Shown here: in pieces, positions 1-10,629 of the stretch | How positions within the stretch are numbered: position 1 is the stretch's first letter | Layout: each line of letters starts with the position of its first letter | Sequence record: DRR723986_9408 | Reading direction: 5' to 3' (one strand) | DNA length: 54,015 nt | The notes under the pieces: model-generated | The model's input: the letters and a program-made list of their open reading frames with translations, nothing else | Told to the model about the DNA's origin: nothing | Databases searched by the model: none | Made by a program: the position numbers and the translations under genes

Positions 1-172
1 CCTGTCCCGCCACTGCGGGAGTCTTCGGTCTTCCAACCAGATAAGCAAAGAATCTAAGGAGACTGGCATCTTTGCGGATAATCATGAAAAATATAATAGC
101 CGAGAGATATTGCAGCTAGTAATTCAAGAAGCTTTGATAAAGCGATAAGTTAATTTTTACCTAATTTCCCCA

Positions 173-1312
173 ATGACTTGGATTCATGACCCTATGTATG
201 TCAGTGGCATGCTGTGTATAATTGTGTTACTGTCAGTTTGGCTAGCAAAATTCAAAGGATGGAAGACACTGGGAACTCCTATTTTGGTGATCTTATTTGC
301 GGCTTTGGCAGCTAATGTTGGTATCATTCCAACTGCTGCAACTGGAAATCCTGTTTATACTGGTGTTTTTATATACTTGGCCCCCATGGGGATTTTTATC
401 GCCTTGTTGGAAGTTGACCTTAAAAGCCTTAGAAAAGCAGGTGCTACGATGTTGTTAATGTTTGGTTTGGGGGGGCTAGGAACCATCATTGGAGTGCTCG
501 TTGCTTGGTTTTTAGTAAGCCCGGCTGAGGCAATTGGACCAATGGCGAATGCTGTGGCGGGAATGTTTACAGGTACCTACATCGGTGGAAGTATTAATTT
601 CAATGCCATAGCACTTAGCTATCATGTAAATGAAAATGCGGATTTGTATGCAGCTACCACTGTAGTGGATAGCCTGATTGGAACAGTTTGGATTATTGCT
701 ACACTAATTTTACCCAAATATTTGCAATCCTTTTTTCCCAGAAAAAAACTGTCACCTACAACAGGTGAAACTCAAAAGATCAAGCAAGCAGAGTCTATTA
801 GCATTGCGGGCTTAGCGTCAGTGCTGGGGATTGCATTTTTAGCTATGGCAGTATCAAAGCTTGTGAGTCAGTTTTTTCCTGAAATGCCGGAGATCATTAC
901 CTTGACTAGTATAGCTTTGATGTTGGCACAAATACCCTTTGTGAAAAGACTATCCGGGACGCATACCCTCGGTTTTTTTCTCATTTTACTTTTTCTAGCT
1001 GCTATCGGGACCCTGTGTGACTTGAGCACACTTTATGGGCTAGGCGACTTGGCTGGCACTCTCTTTCTATTTGTCGGGTTACTTGTACTGGTTCACGGGG
1101 CAGTGATCTTTGGTATCGGTGCGCTTTTCAAAGTAGATTGGGATGTGATTGCCGTAGCTTCTCAAGCAAATGTTGGGGGTAATACTACCGCACTTGCTTC
1201 AGCAGAGAGTCTCAATCGTCCGGACTTATTAATTCCTGGTGTTCTGGTAGGAAGCCTTGGTAATGCTTTAGGTACCTATGCTGGATTTTTTATAGCTGGG
1301 GTACTTATGTAA
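173..1312 (+). CDS. DUF819-family integral membrane protein
   Basis: 379 aa, highly hydrophobic with about 11 TM segments. Motifs GTYIGGSINF and ASQANVGG are typical of DUF819. Confidence 0.8.
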   Translation: MTWIHDPMYVSGMLCIIVLLSVWLAKFKGWKTLGTPILVILFAALAANVGIIPTAATGNPVYTGVFIYLAPMGIFIALLEVDLKSLRKAGATMLLMFGLGGLGTIIGVLVAWFLVSPAEAIGPMANAVAGMFTGTYIGGSINFNAIALSYHVNENADLYAATTVVDSLIGTVWIIATLILPKYLQSFFPRKKLSPTTGETQKIKQAESISIAGLASVLGIAFLAMAVSKLVSQFFPEMPEIITLTSIALMLAQIPFVKRLSGTHTLGFFLILLFLAAIGTLCDLSTLYGLGDLAGTLFLFVGLLVLVHGAVIFGIGALFKVDWDVIAVASQANVGGNTTALASAESLNRPDLLIPGVLVGSLGNALGTYAGFFIAGVLM

Positions 1313-1431
1313 TTGTAAACTGGCTATTAGTTGGTTTTTCATTCATTTTGCAATACAAAAAGTAAGTTTTTGATATATGATAAAAAACTTATTACCTTGA
1401 TTAGGAGTTTTACAGAAATAAAATTTCGAAC

Positions 1432-2064
1432 ATGAGTAGTCCGGTTAACTTATTTATTTCCAGAAGCCCAAAAACCGACCGAAAAACTCAATCTGACGAT
1501 AGAGCCTTGTGGCAAAGTGTCAGAAAGGGCAATGACCTCGCTTTTTCTAATCTCTATCAGAGGTTTTCTAACTTGCTTTTTAATTACGGCATGCATTTTT
1601 GCTATAACCGTGAGCTGGTTAAAGACTGTATCCAGGAGCTTTTTACAAACATCTGGAATAGGCGCGAAGGCCTTTCTGAGGTTGACTCTGTTAAATATTA
1701 CCTTTTTAAATCATTTCGAAATTTACTCATACAGCACATTACACGCGATCGAAAACTTTATTCAGACATGAATGAAGATTGCCAATTAAGTGAATGTGAA
1801 TCATCCGTCGAAGAAGAGTTGATTTCCCAAGATTATTTGAAGGATAATAAAAGCAAGGTTACTACTGCATTAACTAAAATCTCAAAAAGGCAGCGAGAAA
1901 TCATTGTTCTCAAATATTTCAATGACCTCAGTTATGCTGAAATATCCAGTATAATGTCTATCACGCCTGCTTCTGCCCATAATCTACTTTCAAAGGCCTT
2001 GCAATGCTTGAGAGTTGTGCTCAAAGCACTATTATTTGGCTCATACTTAAACTACCTAGCATAG
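1432..2064 (+). CDS. ECF-type RNA polymerase sigma-70 factor
   Basis: Region 2 (AFSNLYQRF...DCIQELFTNIW) and region 4 HTH (ISKRQREIIVLKYFNDLSYAEISSIM). Directly upstream of FecR and SusC. Confidence 0.92.
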   Translation: MSSPVNLFISRSPKTDRKTQSDDRALWQSVRKGNDLAFSNLYQRFSNLLFNYGMHFCYNRELVKDCIQELFTNIWNRREGLSEVDSVKYYLFKSFRNLLIQHITRDRKLYSDMNEDCQLSECESSVEEELISQDYLKDNKSKVTTALTKISKRQREIIVLKYFNDLSYAEISSIMSITPASAHNLLSKALQCLRVVLKALLFGSYLNYLA

Positions 2065-2152
2065 TTTTTTTTTGTTTTTGAATTTTTTTTATAAAAAATG
2101 ATGAGGTTTTATCACTTCTACACTCTTATAGGTATCAACCAAAAGAGACATA

Positions 2153-3172
2153 GTGAATCATCAGCTTTCAGATTACTCCAATTTTTCAGTAAATGACTTT
2201 GTCATAGACCCATTTTTTAAGGAATGGGTGCTTTATTCTGACCCTATACACGATGAGTTTTGGATGGATTGGAAGGATTCCAATCCATCCAAAACAGAGT
2301 TGATTGAGGAAGCGAGAAGGTTGGTTTTGAGTTTGGAGCATTCAAAGATTGAGATGAATCGAAGTGAAATGGTATTGGTGTGGGGCGCCATTCAAAGCGA
2401 GGTCAAACCGCCCCCAAAGTTTTCTAAGCCAACTCCAGACAGGAGCTCTTTCTGGCCTTTTGCCTATGCTGTTGCATCTTTTGCATTGGTCTTTCTAGCT
2501 TGGTATTGGTATGATTTGCCACAAGAAATCGAATACCAAACAGCATTTGGAGAGACGAAAGAATTCATACTTCCAGATAGTTCCAAGGTGATTTTGAATT
2601 CAAATTCCAAACTGACATTTAAAGACAATTGGGAAGGTCAGATGTCTAGAGATGTATGGATCGAGGGTGAGGCATTTTTTAACGTAGTCCACAAAAAAAA
2701 TCATCAGCCTTTTAAAGTTCTTAGTTCCCAAAACGTGGCTATAGAAGTCTTAGGGACAGAATTTAATGTATATAACCGATCTCAAGAGACGGAGGTAGTA
2801 TTGACCTCAGGAGCTGTAACGCTAAGTTTCCCTGTTAAGGATAAGGAAGGGAAAATCTTGATGAATCCGGGTGATTTGGTAGAGTTTAAACAGAGTAAGT
2901 TTCAACGTAAAAAAGTGAATACATCGCTCTATACCTCCTGGAAAGATAAGGTTCTAAACTTGGATGAAACCAGTTTAGGTGAAATCATCACCATGGCAAA
3001 AAATAACTATGGAATTGAGATTGAATTTGAAGATGAGGAAATACTGAAGCAAACAGCATCTGGCTCAATGCCACTAGGTAATGCTGCCAATTTCATGGAT
3101 CAAATTTCCAGAATCTTCAACATTGAAATAGTAAACGAGAAAAATAAGTACCTGATTAAAAACCCAAAATGA
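2153..3172 (+). CDS. FecR-family anti-sigma factor
   Basis: GTG start, single TM segment (FWPFAYAVASFALVFLAWYW), FecR motifs LPDSSKVILNSNS, EGEAFF and VLGTEFNV. Confidence 0.92.
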   Translation: MNHQLSDYSNFSVNDFVIDPFFKEWVLYSDPIHDEFWMDWKDSNPSKTELIEEARRLVLSLEHSKIEMNRSEMVLVWGAIQSEVKPPPKFSKPTPDRSSFWPFAYAVASFALVFLAWYWYDLPQEIEYQTAFGETKEFILPDSSKVILNSNSKLTFKDNWEGQMSRDVWIEGEAFFNVVHKKNHQPFKVLSSQNVAIEVLGTEFNVYNRSQETEVVLTSGAVTLSFPVKDKEGKILMNPGDLVEFKQSKFQRKKVNTSLYTSWKDKVLNLDETSLGEIITMAKNNYGIEIEFEDEEILKQTASGSMPLGNAANFMDQISRIFNIEIVNEKNKYLIKNPK

Positions 3173-3205
3173 AGTATTCCCCAAATAACCTGAAACCTGT
3201 TTACA

Positions 3206-6200
3206 ATGAGAAAGTTTGTACTATTATTATGTATGAGCTATTCGATTTCTTGGTTTGCATCAGCGCAAGTCGAGGATTTGATAGCTTCGGAAAAGAACCT
3301 AGATACCTTTTCGTCTAGGAGTGAAAACAGATACCTCAAAGAGGTACTGACACAGTTCGAGAATAAGTTTAAAGTCTCGATAGCGTATAAGGATGAGCTG
3401 GTTCAATCAAAAAGAATCAAATCGTCAAAATCTTCATTTAGTTCTGTAGAAGAGGGATTGAAAGTAATCCTGAGAGAAACAGGACTCAGCTATGAAAAAG
3501 CTGGTGAGAATTTTTATGTGATATTCCAAAGCAGATCAAGCCCAAGCGCTAAAGGAGAGGATTTGAAGAATATCCTCACATCAACCCAGTCACCCTCATC
3601 AGCAGGCAGAGGGTCCGATTTAAATTCAAGAATTTCAAGAAACTCCATTTCAGCAATCGAGCGACGGAGGATAGAAATTACCGGTAGAGTGACTGATGAA
3701 AATGGTATGGGTTTTCCCGGTGTTAATATTCTTCTTAAAGGAACCTCCACAGGTACCGTTTCTGGGAACAATGGAAACTATACCATTAATGTAGAAAGCG
3801 AAACATCTGTTCTAGTTTTTTCTTTTGTAGGATATCTCAATCAAGAAGAAGTGGTTGGCAATCGGTCTGTAGTCAACATCAGCATGCAAGTGGATGCTAG
3901 CGACTTGGAAGAAGTAGTAGTAACTGCCTTGGGAATCGAGAAATCAGCAAAAAGTCTTGGGTATGCTACCTCAACAGTTAAATCTGATGAGTTGACTATT
4001 AACAGAACTCCTAACGTTATGAACGCGCTACAAGGCAAAGTAGCGGGTGTAAGTATTTCAGCACTAGGCTCTGGTCCTGGAGGCACATCTAAAATCCGTA
4101 TTCGTGGTCAGTCCTCAATATCCGGACAAAATAATCCGCTGATTGTAGTAAATGGTGTCCCTATCGACAATACAAACTTCGGTTCAAATCCCGGGAATAA
4201 TGCTTCGGATAGTAGTATCGGCGTACGTGGAGGAGGTAACACTTCTGATGGAGGTGATGGATTGTCCAGTATTAACCCAGATGATGTGCAATCTATGACC
4301 ATCCTCAAAGGAGCTGCAGCTGCAGCCTTGTACGGTTCTCGAGCCAAAGACGGGGTAGTGATGATTACCACCAAAACAAAAAATGATAGTCGCGGCATGG
4401 GAGTTACTTATAACCTGAACTATACGAACGAAGCCCCGCTAGATTTCACTGACTACCAATATGAATATGGGCAAGGCGAGCAAGGTATTCGGCCTACTAC
4501 CCCAAACCCAACCTCTGGACAATGGTCATTCGGAGAGAAATTTGCTCCTGGCATGACCCAAATGCTTTTTGACGGAATTACAGTTCCTTATGAACCAGTA
4601 AAAGGCATTATCAATGATTTCTTTCGCAATGGTCAGAATGTGACTAATTCTATTACCCTCGCTACTTCTACCGAAAAGGGTGGTATGAGTTTGTCTTTTT
4701 CAGATCTGAATAGTAAGGGTATTGTGCCAAACAATGTTTACAATCGAAAGACTATCAATTTGGGCTTTGCTTATGATTTGAGCCCAAAGTTCAGTTTCCG
4801 GGGAAACTTTAATTATTCTCATGAAGAGAATGAAAATCCACCAAATATTGGTCAGCAGGATAATACGATTCCAGTAGCGCTTTACAATATGGCTAACTCC
4901 ATGCCACTGGATGTCCTTCGTGACAACCGGTATGATGCAAATGGAAACGAGGCAGTTTATTCCAGGTTTAGAAATCGTACCAATCCATATTTCACACTTT
5001 CTGATCAGTTTCAGAACATCCGCAGAGATAGGATATTCGGGAATATAGCAGTTAAATATCAATTTACTGACTGGTTATTTGTCCAAGGTAGAGTTGGTCA
5101 GGACTTCTGGACTAGAGACCAGGATTACAACAACTTTCCGACGGGACAAGCGTCGAGGGCACCAGCGCCAGCAGGATTCGTAAATGGAGTGTATACGCAA
5201 GAGCAAAGAAGATTCCGTGAGATAAATACAGACTTTTTAATCAATGCGAATAAGGAATTTGGCGACTTTGGAATCAATGCAAATATTGGAGGTAATCATA
5301 TGCAGAGAAGGTCAGACCTAAATAGTGTACAGGTCACTGACTTCGTGGTCAGAGACCTTTATACCGTTCAAAATGGTAGAGCTAAAGATCCAATATATGA
5401 TTTGAATGAGCGTGCAGTTAATTCATTGTATGGTTCTGCAGAAGTATCCTATAAGGATATGCTGTTCCTTACAGGTACTATTAGAAACGATTGGTTTTCA
5501 ACTCTTTCTAGAGAAAATAGGAGCATCCTTTATCCTTCTTTGTCAGCTAGCTGGGTATTCACTGAGAATTTTGCACAAAACAGCTGGTTGAATTTTGGAA
5601 AATTAAGAGTAGCATACGCTGAAGTGGGTAGTGATGCTGACGTAGGAGCGTATTCCAATGTGCTATTTTATGGCATAAACAACAACTTGTTTGGAGGTCA
5701 GCCAGTAGGAGGGCCTAACGGAACCAATCTTCCAAATCCAAATTTGAGACCAATGCGAATTGGTGAAGCAGAAGTTGGATTTGAGCTGAGAATGTTTCAA
5801 GGCAAAGTGAGTTTGGATATGGCAGCTTATAGAAAACTCACTACTGATCAGATTGTAAGCGCTCAGATTTCAGACGCTTCTGGTTTTGTCAATACTTCTA
5901 TTAACAGTGGTCAAAGTGAAAATAAGGGGATTGAAATGCTCTTAACGATTGTCCCTATTGAGAACAAGAATTTCACTTGGGAATTTTCAGCAAACTCAGC
6001 CTACAATAAAACAAAAGTTCTAAGCCTACTGACTGATAATCCCGGTGAACGGATTACTGTCGGAACCCACGTATTCAATGGTGAATTGAGACAAATCGTT
6101 GGAATGGAAATGGGACAGGTTGCAGGATTTGGCTACAGAAGGGATGATCAGGGGAGAAAAATCTTTGGAGCAAATGGTCTTCCACTCAGAACCACTGATC

Positions 6201-6745
6201 TAGTTAATTTCGGAAGTGCGCTACCAAATTGGGTTGGAGGATTTAATAACTCACTCAATTATAAAGGAGTAATGCTTTCTTTCTTGATTGACTACAAGTT
6301 GGGCAATATTATGCTTTCGGGTACGAATTTTAACGCTACCAGACATGGTTTACATAAGATGACATTGGAAGGAAGAGAAGGTGGGGTCGTAGGAGTTGGT
6401 GTGAACGAAGCTGGTGAGATAAACACCGCAGTAGCTCCAGTGCAGTCCTACTGGGAAGTGGTTAGATCACAAGCTTTAGTAGAGCCCATAATCTACGATG
6501 GAGGATATGTCAAACTTCGGCAAATCACTTTAGGGTATGATTTCACCAAACATTTACCTGAAAACCAACCATTCAAATCAGTGAAGCTGAATTTCGTAGC
6601 AAACAACGTATTCATGATAAAGAAATGGGTTGATAATATTGATCCAGAATCATTCGGGTATTCTTCTGATAATTTGGTTGGTATGGAGTCCACTGGTCTT
6701 CCTTCTACCAGAGGTTTAGGTTTCAATCTTAACGTCAAATTCTAA
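3206..6745 (+). CDS. SusC/RagA TonB-dependent transporter with N-terminal STN signalling domain
   Basis: Signal peptide, STN-like segment (LKEVLTQFENKFKVSIAY...LRETGLSYE), carboxypeptidase-regulatory-like domain, SusC plug signature LKGAAAAALYGSRAKDGVVMITTK, C-terminal Phe. Confidence 0.95.
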   Translation: MRKFVLLLCMSYSISWFASAQVEDLIASEKNLDTFSSRSENRYLKEVLTQFENKFKVSIAYKDELVQSKRIKSSKSSFSSVEEGLKVILRETGLSYEKAGENFYVIFQSRSSPSAKGEDLKNILTSTQSPSSAGRGSDLNSRISRNSISAIERRRIEITGRVTDENGMGFPGVNILLKGTSTGTVSGNNGNYTINVESETSVLVFSFVGYLNQEEVVGNRSVVNISMQVDASDLEEVVVTALGIEKSAKSLGYATSTVKSDELTINRTPNVMNALQGKVAGVSISALGSGPGGTSKIRIRGQSSISGQNNPLIVVNGVPIDNTNFGSNPGNNASDSSIGVRGGGNTSDGGDGLSSINPDDVQSMTILKGAAAAALYGSRAKDGVVMITTKTKNDSRGMGVTYNLNYTNEAPLDFTDYQYEYGQGEQGIRPTTPNPTSGQWSFGEKFAPGMTQMLFDGITVPYEPVKGIINDFFRNGQNVTNSITLATSTEKGGMSLSFSDLNSKGIVPNNVYNRKTINLGFAYDLSPKFSFRGNFNYSHEENENPPNIGQQDNTIPVALYNMANSMPLDVLRDNRYDANGNEAVYSRFRNRTNPYFTLSDQFQNIRRDRIFGNIAVKYQFTDWLFVQGRVGQDFWTRDQDYNNFPTGQASRAPAPAGFVNGVYTQEQRRFREINTDFLINANKEFGDFGINANIGGNHMQRRSDLNSVQVTDFVVRDLYTVQNGRAKDPIYDLNERAVNSLYGSAEVSYKDMLFLTGTIRNDWFSTLSRENRSILYPSLSASWVFTENFAQNSWLNFGKLRVAYAEVGSDADVGAYSNVLFYGINNNLFGGQPVGGPNGTNLPNPNLRPMRIGEAEVGFELRMFQGKVSLDMAAYRKLTTDQIVSAQISDASGFVNTSINSGQSENKGIEMLLTIVPIENKNFTWEFSANSAYNKTKVLSLLTDNPGERITVGTHVFNGELRQIVGMEMGQVAGFGYRRDDQGRKIFGANGLPLRTTDLVNFGSALPNWVGGFNNSLNYKGVMLSFLIDYKLGNIMLSGTNFNATRHGLHKMTLEGREGGVVGVGVNEAGEINTAVAPVQSYWEVVRSQALVEPIIYDGGYVKLRQITLGYDFTKHLPENQPFKSVKLNFVANNVFMIKKWVDNIDPESFGYSSDNLVGMESTGLPSTRGLGFNLNVKF

Positions 6746-6756
6746 GTTTTATACAC

Positions 6757-8274
6757 ATGAAAAAGATCTTAAATTATATATTCTTAGCGTCCATTCTGAT
6801 GTATGCATCAGCATGTGACAATAACTTCGACGAGCTCAATACTAATAAAGTCAGTGCCACAGCTATTGACCCTGCGTTTCAACTGAATGCAGCCATAGTA
6901 GGCTGTGCCTATCCCAATGGTACCTTGGTTTATGACATAGGCATTGTTCAGCAGATAATTTCGCCAAATTCAGGTGTCCTTACAGGAGCCAATTATAACC
7001 AGGATAATAGAAACTCAACTCAGGAACTTTGGCAGCGATACTATCGGGATGTGATTAAGAATACCAAGGATGTGATAAGTCAAGTTCAAGATGATCCGAG
7101 CAGAGCTAACCTGCTTAATATGACACGGATTCTTCAGGCATTTGCATTTATGGTTTTGACGGATGACTATGGAAGTATCCCGTATTTCGAAGGCGGAGTA
7201 GGCTATTCTCAACAGGTGTTTTTTCCAAAATATGATTCCCAAGAAGTCATTTATGAGGACATAATCAAAGAATTGACTGAGGCTACTGCAGCGTTGAATC
7301 TATCCGGAAAAATTGAAAGTGCAGATATTCTGTATGGGGGCGATTTGAATAAATGGAAAAGCTTTGGCAACTCGATATTGTTGAGAGCTGGAATGAGGCT
7401 GAGTGCAGTGAATGCAACGAAGGCACAACAGGTAGTTCAGGCAGCATTTCAAGGTGGAGTGATTCTTTCAAATGTTAATAATGCAAAAATTGCCCATGAT
7501 GCTAACTATTTGAATACGATAGGAAACTTACTTAATTCCACAGAGGCGTCTAATTTTTATTTAACTGCTCCATTTGTGGATTATTTGCGAAGTAAAAATG
7601 ACCCTCGTCTATCTGCAATAGCAATCACCTATGTAGATGCTAAATCAGGTCCTGAGCAAACAGTAGCCTCAGGGACATATGAAGCTAGTGTGCACGTGGG
7701 AATGCCAATGGGAAATGACAATGCGGGAGCTGTAAAAGCAGCTGCGGATTTAGGATTGACCAGCTTTTATGAATTTGCGCAAGCAGATAGAAGAAGACTT
7801 GCGAAAAATACAGCACCAACTTTCTTGGTTACAGCTTCCCAAAACTACCTCCTGTTAGCTGAGGCTAGACAGAGGGGGTGGATCAGCTCAGGAGACGTTG
7901 AAACGTATTATAACGCAGGAGTAAGAGCTCACATGGAGCAGTTGGGCACGGTAGATGCCGCCTCTTCAATACCACTAGCAGCTGTAGATGCCTATTTGTC
8001 AGCAAATCCACTTGATGCTTCAAAAGCAATAGAAATGATCAATACTCAATATTGGGTATCATCCTTTATGAATGGACCAGAGGCATTTGCCAATTTCCGA
8101 AGATCTGGATTCCCTATGCTCACCACCAATCCATTCCCTGGAAAAGAAGTTGATTTTATTAATAGAATTACTTATCCGAATTCTGAGATATCAGTAAACT
8201 CTGAAAACGTGCAAGCGGCCATTTCAGCTAGTGGGGCTGATAATCTCGCAACGAAAGTTTGGTGGGATAAATAA
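6757..8274 (+). CDS. SusD/RagB-family surface lipoprotein
   Basis: Lipoprotein Cys20 (ASAC), motifs LTDDYGSIPY, EAFANFRRSGFP and C-terminal KVWWDK. Starts 11 nt after susC. Confidence 0.93.
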   Translation: MKKILNYIFLASILMYASACDNNFDELNTNKVSATAIDPAFQLNAAIVGCAYPNGTLVYDIGIVQQIISPNSGVLTGANYNQDNRNSTQELWQRYYRDVIKNTKDVISQVQDDPSRANLLNMTRILQAFAFMVLTDDYGSIPYFEGGVGYSQQVFFPKYDSQEVIYEDIIKELTEATAALNLSGKIESADILYGGDLNKWKSFGNSILLRAGMRLSAVNATKAQQVVQAAFQGGVILSNVNNAKIAHDANYLNTIGNLLNSTEASNFYLTAPFVDYLRSKNDPRLSAIAITYVDAKSGPEQTVASGTYEASVHVGMPMGNDNAGAVKAAADLGLTSFYEFAQADRRRLAKNTAPTFLVTASQNYLLLAEARQRGWISSGDVETYYNAGVRAHMEQLGTVDAASSIPLAAVDAYLSANPLDASKAIEMINTQYWVSSFMNGPEAFANFRRSGFPMLTTNPFPGKEVDFINRITYPNSEISVNSENVQAAISASGADNLATKVWWDK

Positions 8275-8280
8275 GAATAG

Positions 8281-8309
8281 AACCGAGTTTGGAAAATCCA
8301 AACTCGGTT
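8281..8309 (+). terminator. 13-bp stem-loop after susD (terminator or mRNA-stabilising hairpin)
   Basis: AACCGAGTTTGGA-AAA-TCCAAACTCGGTT is a perfect inverted repeat with only a weak T-rich tail. Confidence 0.65.
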
Positions 8310-8335
8310 TAATTTGATTTTAGTTATATTCCAAA

Positions 8336-9268
8336 ATGTACAAAACCTATATAACCCTATTGTTTCTATTCTTTTTTGGAATAGATTCTTTTGCGCAACA
8401 GATTTCCAAAGAGGAAATGCTCTTTCTTACCCAAGAATGGAAAGGAGAAAGATTTGAAGATGGTCGCCCTAAAGTGTCCGATGACCTATTGAGGCGTATG
8501 AAAATCGTGACCCATGATGAAGCCTGGGCCGTGATGAAAAATGCAGGCTACAAATATCAATATGCTGAAGGCTGGGAAATGATCAACCCGGATAGCATTA
8601 TGGTCGGAAGAGCACTTACGGCTACTTTTATGCCGGGTAGACCTGATATCCACGGAGCGATAGATGCCCGCGGAAAAGCCGAAGGAAAGAAAGGACAGAA
8701 TGTTTGGCCGGTGGATTTACTGGTAAAAGGGGATGTCTATGTCGCCGACCAATTCGGAATCCACGATGGGGGACCTACCATTGGCGATAATGTTGGAAAT
8801 GCGATTTTTGCCAATTCAGGCAATGGAATCGTTTACAATGGTGCGATCAGAGACATCGCCGGTCTGAAGGAAATCGGTGGTTTTACCTCCTATTACCGAA
8901 GCTATCACCCATCACACCATAATCAACCTAGAGATTTGAATACCATGCTGATCGGTATCAATAAACCTACAAAAATCGGCCAAGCTACAGTGATGGCAGG
9001 TGATGTAGTATTGGGACGTGACGGTGCAGTGTCATTTATTCCTGCCCATTTAGTAGAGCAGGTGGTAGTTACTTCAGAAGTAGTAAGGTTGAGAGATATG
9101 TTTGGCCATGAGCGAATCCGGGAGGGAAAATACACAGCTGGTGATATAGATACTAGATGGTCTGATGACATAGAAAAAGACTTTTCCCAGTGGCTCGAAT
9201 CCCATATCGATGAATTACCAATAGCTCGAGAACAAATCCAAGAAATTCTAAAAAACAGAACTTGGTAA
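8336..9268 (+). CDS. RraA/HMG-aldolase-like protein with Sec signal peptide (paralog 1)
   Basis: N-terminal MYKTYITLLFLFFFGIDSFAQ signal. Contains GDN-...-GAIRD with exact D-X20-R-D spacing and a GDVVLG motif. Confidence 0.85.
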   Translation: MYKTYITLLFLFFFGIDSFAQQISKEEMLFLTQEWKGERFEDGRPKVSDDLLRRMKIVTHDEAWAVMKNAGYKYQYAEGWEMINPDSIMVGRALTATFMPGRPDIHGAIDARGKAEGKKGQNVWPVDLLVKGDVYVADQFGIHDGGPTIGDNVGNAIFANSGNGIVYNGAIRDIAGLKEIGGFTSYYRSYHPSHHNQPRDLNTMLIGINKPTKIGQATVMAGDVVLGRDGAVSFIPAHLVEQVVVTSEVVRLRDMFGHERIREGKYTAGDIDTRWSDDIEKDFSQWLESHIDELPIAREQIQEILKNRTW

Positions 9269-9292
9269 TTATACATACAACCCTTAAAACCT

Positions 9293-10567
9293 ATGAAATC
9301 TAAGAATTCAAGAAGATCATTTTTACAAAAAAGTGCTGTTGCTGGTTTGACAGGAGCTGGCTTAATGGGCGGCTTTGGCGGCTTAAATGAAGCTGTAGCA
9401 AGGCAAAACCCCCACTCAAATCCCTCAGATCTGAAAATAACAGATGTAAAATGCGGCTATGTACGTGGGGCAGTTTATGTAAAAATATATACTAATCAGG
9501 ATGTTTGGGGCTGTGGAGAAGCAGTTGATGCGATTCAAGGCACGTATTACATGATCCAGAGGATGGGTAATCAGCTAAAAGGGCAAAATCCATTAAATCC
9601 CAATCGTCTGGCAGAACAAATCCGTAAGGGAGCATTTTTTGGTGGTGCTCAGTCTGGAGTTTTTGTTGCCGTTCTCACAGCCATTGAGACTGCACTTTGG
9701 GATATCACTGGAAAAGTTTTTAACGTTCCCGTTTACCAATTATTGGGAGGCAAATTCAGAGATAAAATCCGGGTCTATTGTGATACAGCCCTATATACAT
9801 CCACAAATCCTACTCCAAATGATTATGCTTTAGCGGCAAGAAATGCAGTGTCCAAAGGTTATAATGCGGTGAAATTTGATGTGGATGATGCAAGAGATCC
9901 AAATAAATATGATCGTTTTAACTGGACTGCAAGCCCCGCTGAAATAGAGAGAATGTACAATGCCATCGCCGCAGTGCGGGAAGAAGTGGGCCCCAACATT
10001 GATATCTGTGTGGATATGCACGGACGATATGATGCAATCACTGGGATGAAGATGGCCAAAGCCTACGAGCCGTTAAACCTGATGTTTCTGGAGGAACCAA
10101 TTCCAGCGGATAATCCAGAAATGTATAAGCACATCACCCAAGAAACAAGTACGCCCATCTGTGCCGGTGAAAATATCTACTTAGCCTACGGTTTTACAAA
10201 ACTACTTTCTGATGGTGCTTTAAATATCATTATGCCTGATCTGCAAAAAGCGGGTGGACTGGGAGAAGCCCAACGAATAGCAAACTTGGCAAATCTTTAT
10301 TACGTGCCTTTTTCTCCTCACATGGTTGCCTCTTTTCTAGGAGCGATGGCGAGTTGTCATGTCTGCGCTTCCGTACCCAACTTTCAGATTATGGAATGGC
10401 AAATCTATATGGATACAGATGACTTATGGAAAGACATAGTTACCTATGACGGTCCTAGAACAGAAAATAGCTTTATCACACTATCCGAAAAACCTGGAAT
10501 AGGTGTGGAAATCAATGAGGAAGGTATGAGAAAACATGCCGTTCCTGGAATCCCATTCTTCGAATAA
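9293..10567 (+). CDS. Mandelate racemase/muconate lactonizing (enolase superfamily) enzyme, galactonate-dehydratase-like, with Tat signal (paralog 1)
   Basis: SRRSFLQK twin-arginine motif, ALWDITGK...PVYQLLGG signature, KFD, metal ligands in VDMH/FLEEP/AGEN, and a His in SPHM. Confidence 0.88.
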   Translation: MKSKNSRRSFLQKSAVAGLTGAGLMGGFGGLNEAVARQNPHSNPSDLKITDVKCGYVRGAVYVKIYTNQDVWGCGEAVDAIQGTYYMIQRMGNQLKGQNPLNPNRLAEQIRKGAFFGGAQSGVFVAVLTAIETALWDITGKVFNVPVYQLLGGKFRDKIRVYCDTALYTSTNPTPNDYALAARNAVSKGYNAVKFDVDDARDPNKYDRFNWTASPAEIERMYNAIAAVREEVGPNIDICVDMHGRYDAITGMKMAKAYEPLNLMFLEEPIPADNPEMYKHITQETSTPICAGENIYLAYGFTKLLSDGALNIIMPDLQKAGGLGEAQRIANLANLYYVPFSPHMVASFLGAMASCHVCASVPNFQIMEWQIYMDTDDLWKDIVTYDGPRTENSFITLSEKPGIGVEINEEGMRKHAVPGIPFFE

Positions 10568-10577
10568 TCAGCAATTA

Positions 10578-10614
10578 GGTTTTTTCTTCACGCTTATCAA
10601 GTGAAGAAAAAACC
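10578..10614. terminator. 14-bp intergenic stem-loop between the two enzyme modules
   Basis: GGTTTTTTCTTCAC-N9-GTGAAGAAAAAACC is a perfect inverted repeat with no downstream U-tract on +. Confidence 0.5.
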
Positions 10615-10629
10615 CTAACCCCTATACCA

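Noticed and set aside
1-70. Resemblance to the 3' half of a cobalamin riboswitch (CTGTCCCGCCACTG ... AAGGAGACTGGC)
   Set aside because: The B12-box match is poor, the 5' half would be outside the window, and the downstream gene is not B12-related. TCCCGC-CACT-GCGGGA is more simply a short REP-like palindrome. A cmscan on the extended region would settle it.
2-148. Open frame that could be the C-terminus of an upstream CDS
   Set aside because: Only 48 codons with no recognisable motif, and it begins in a palindromic repeat-like sequence. It cannot be supported.
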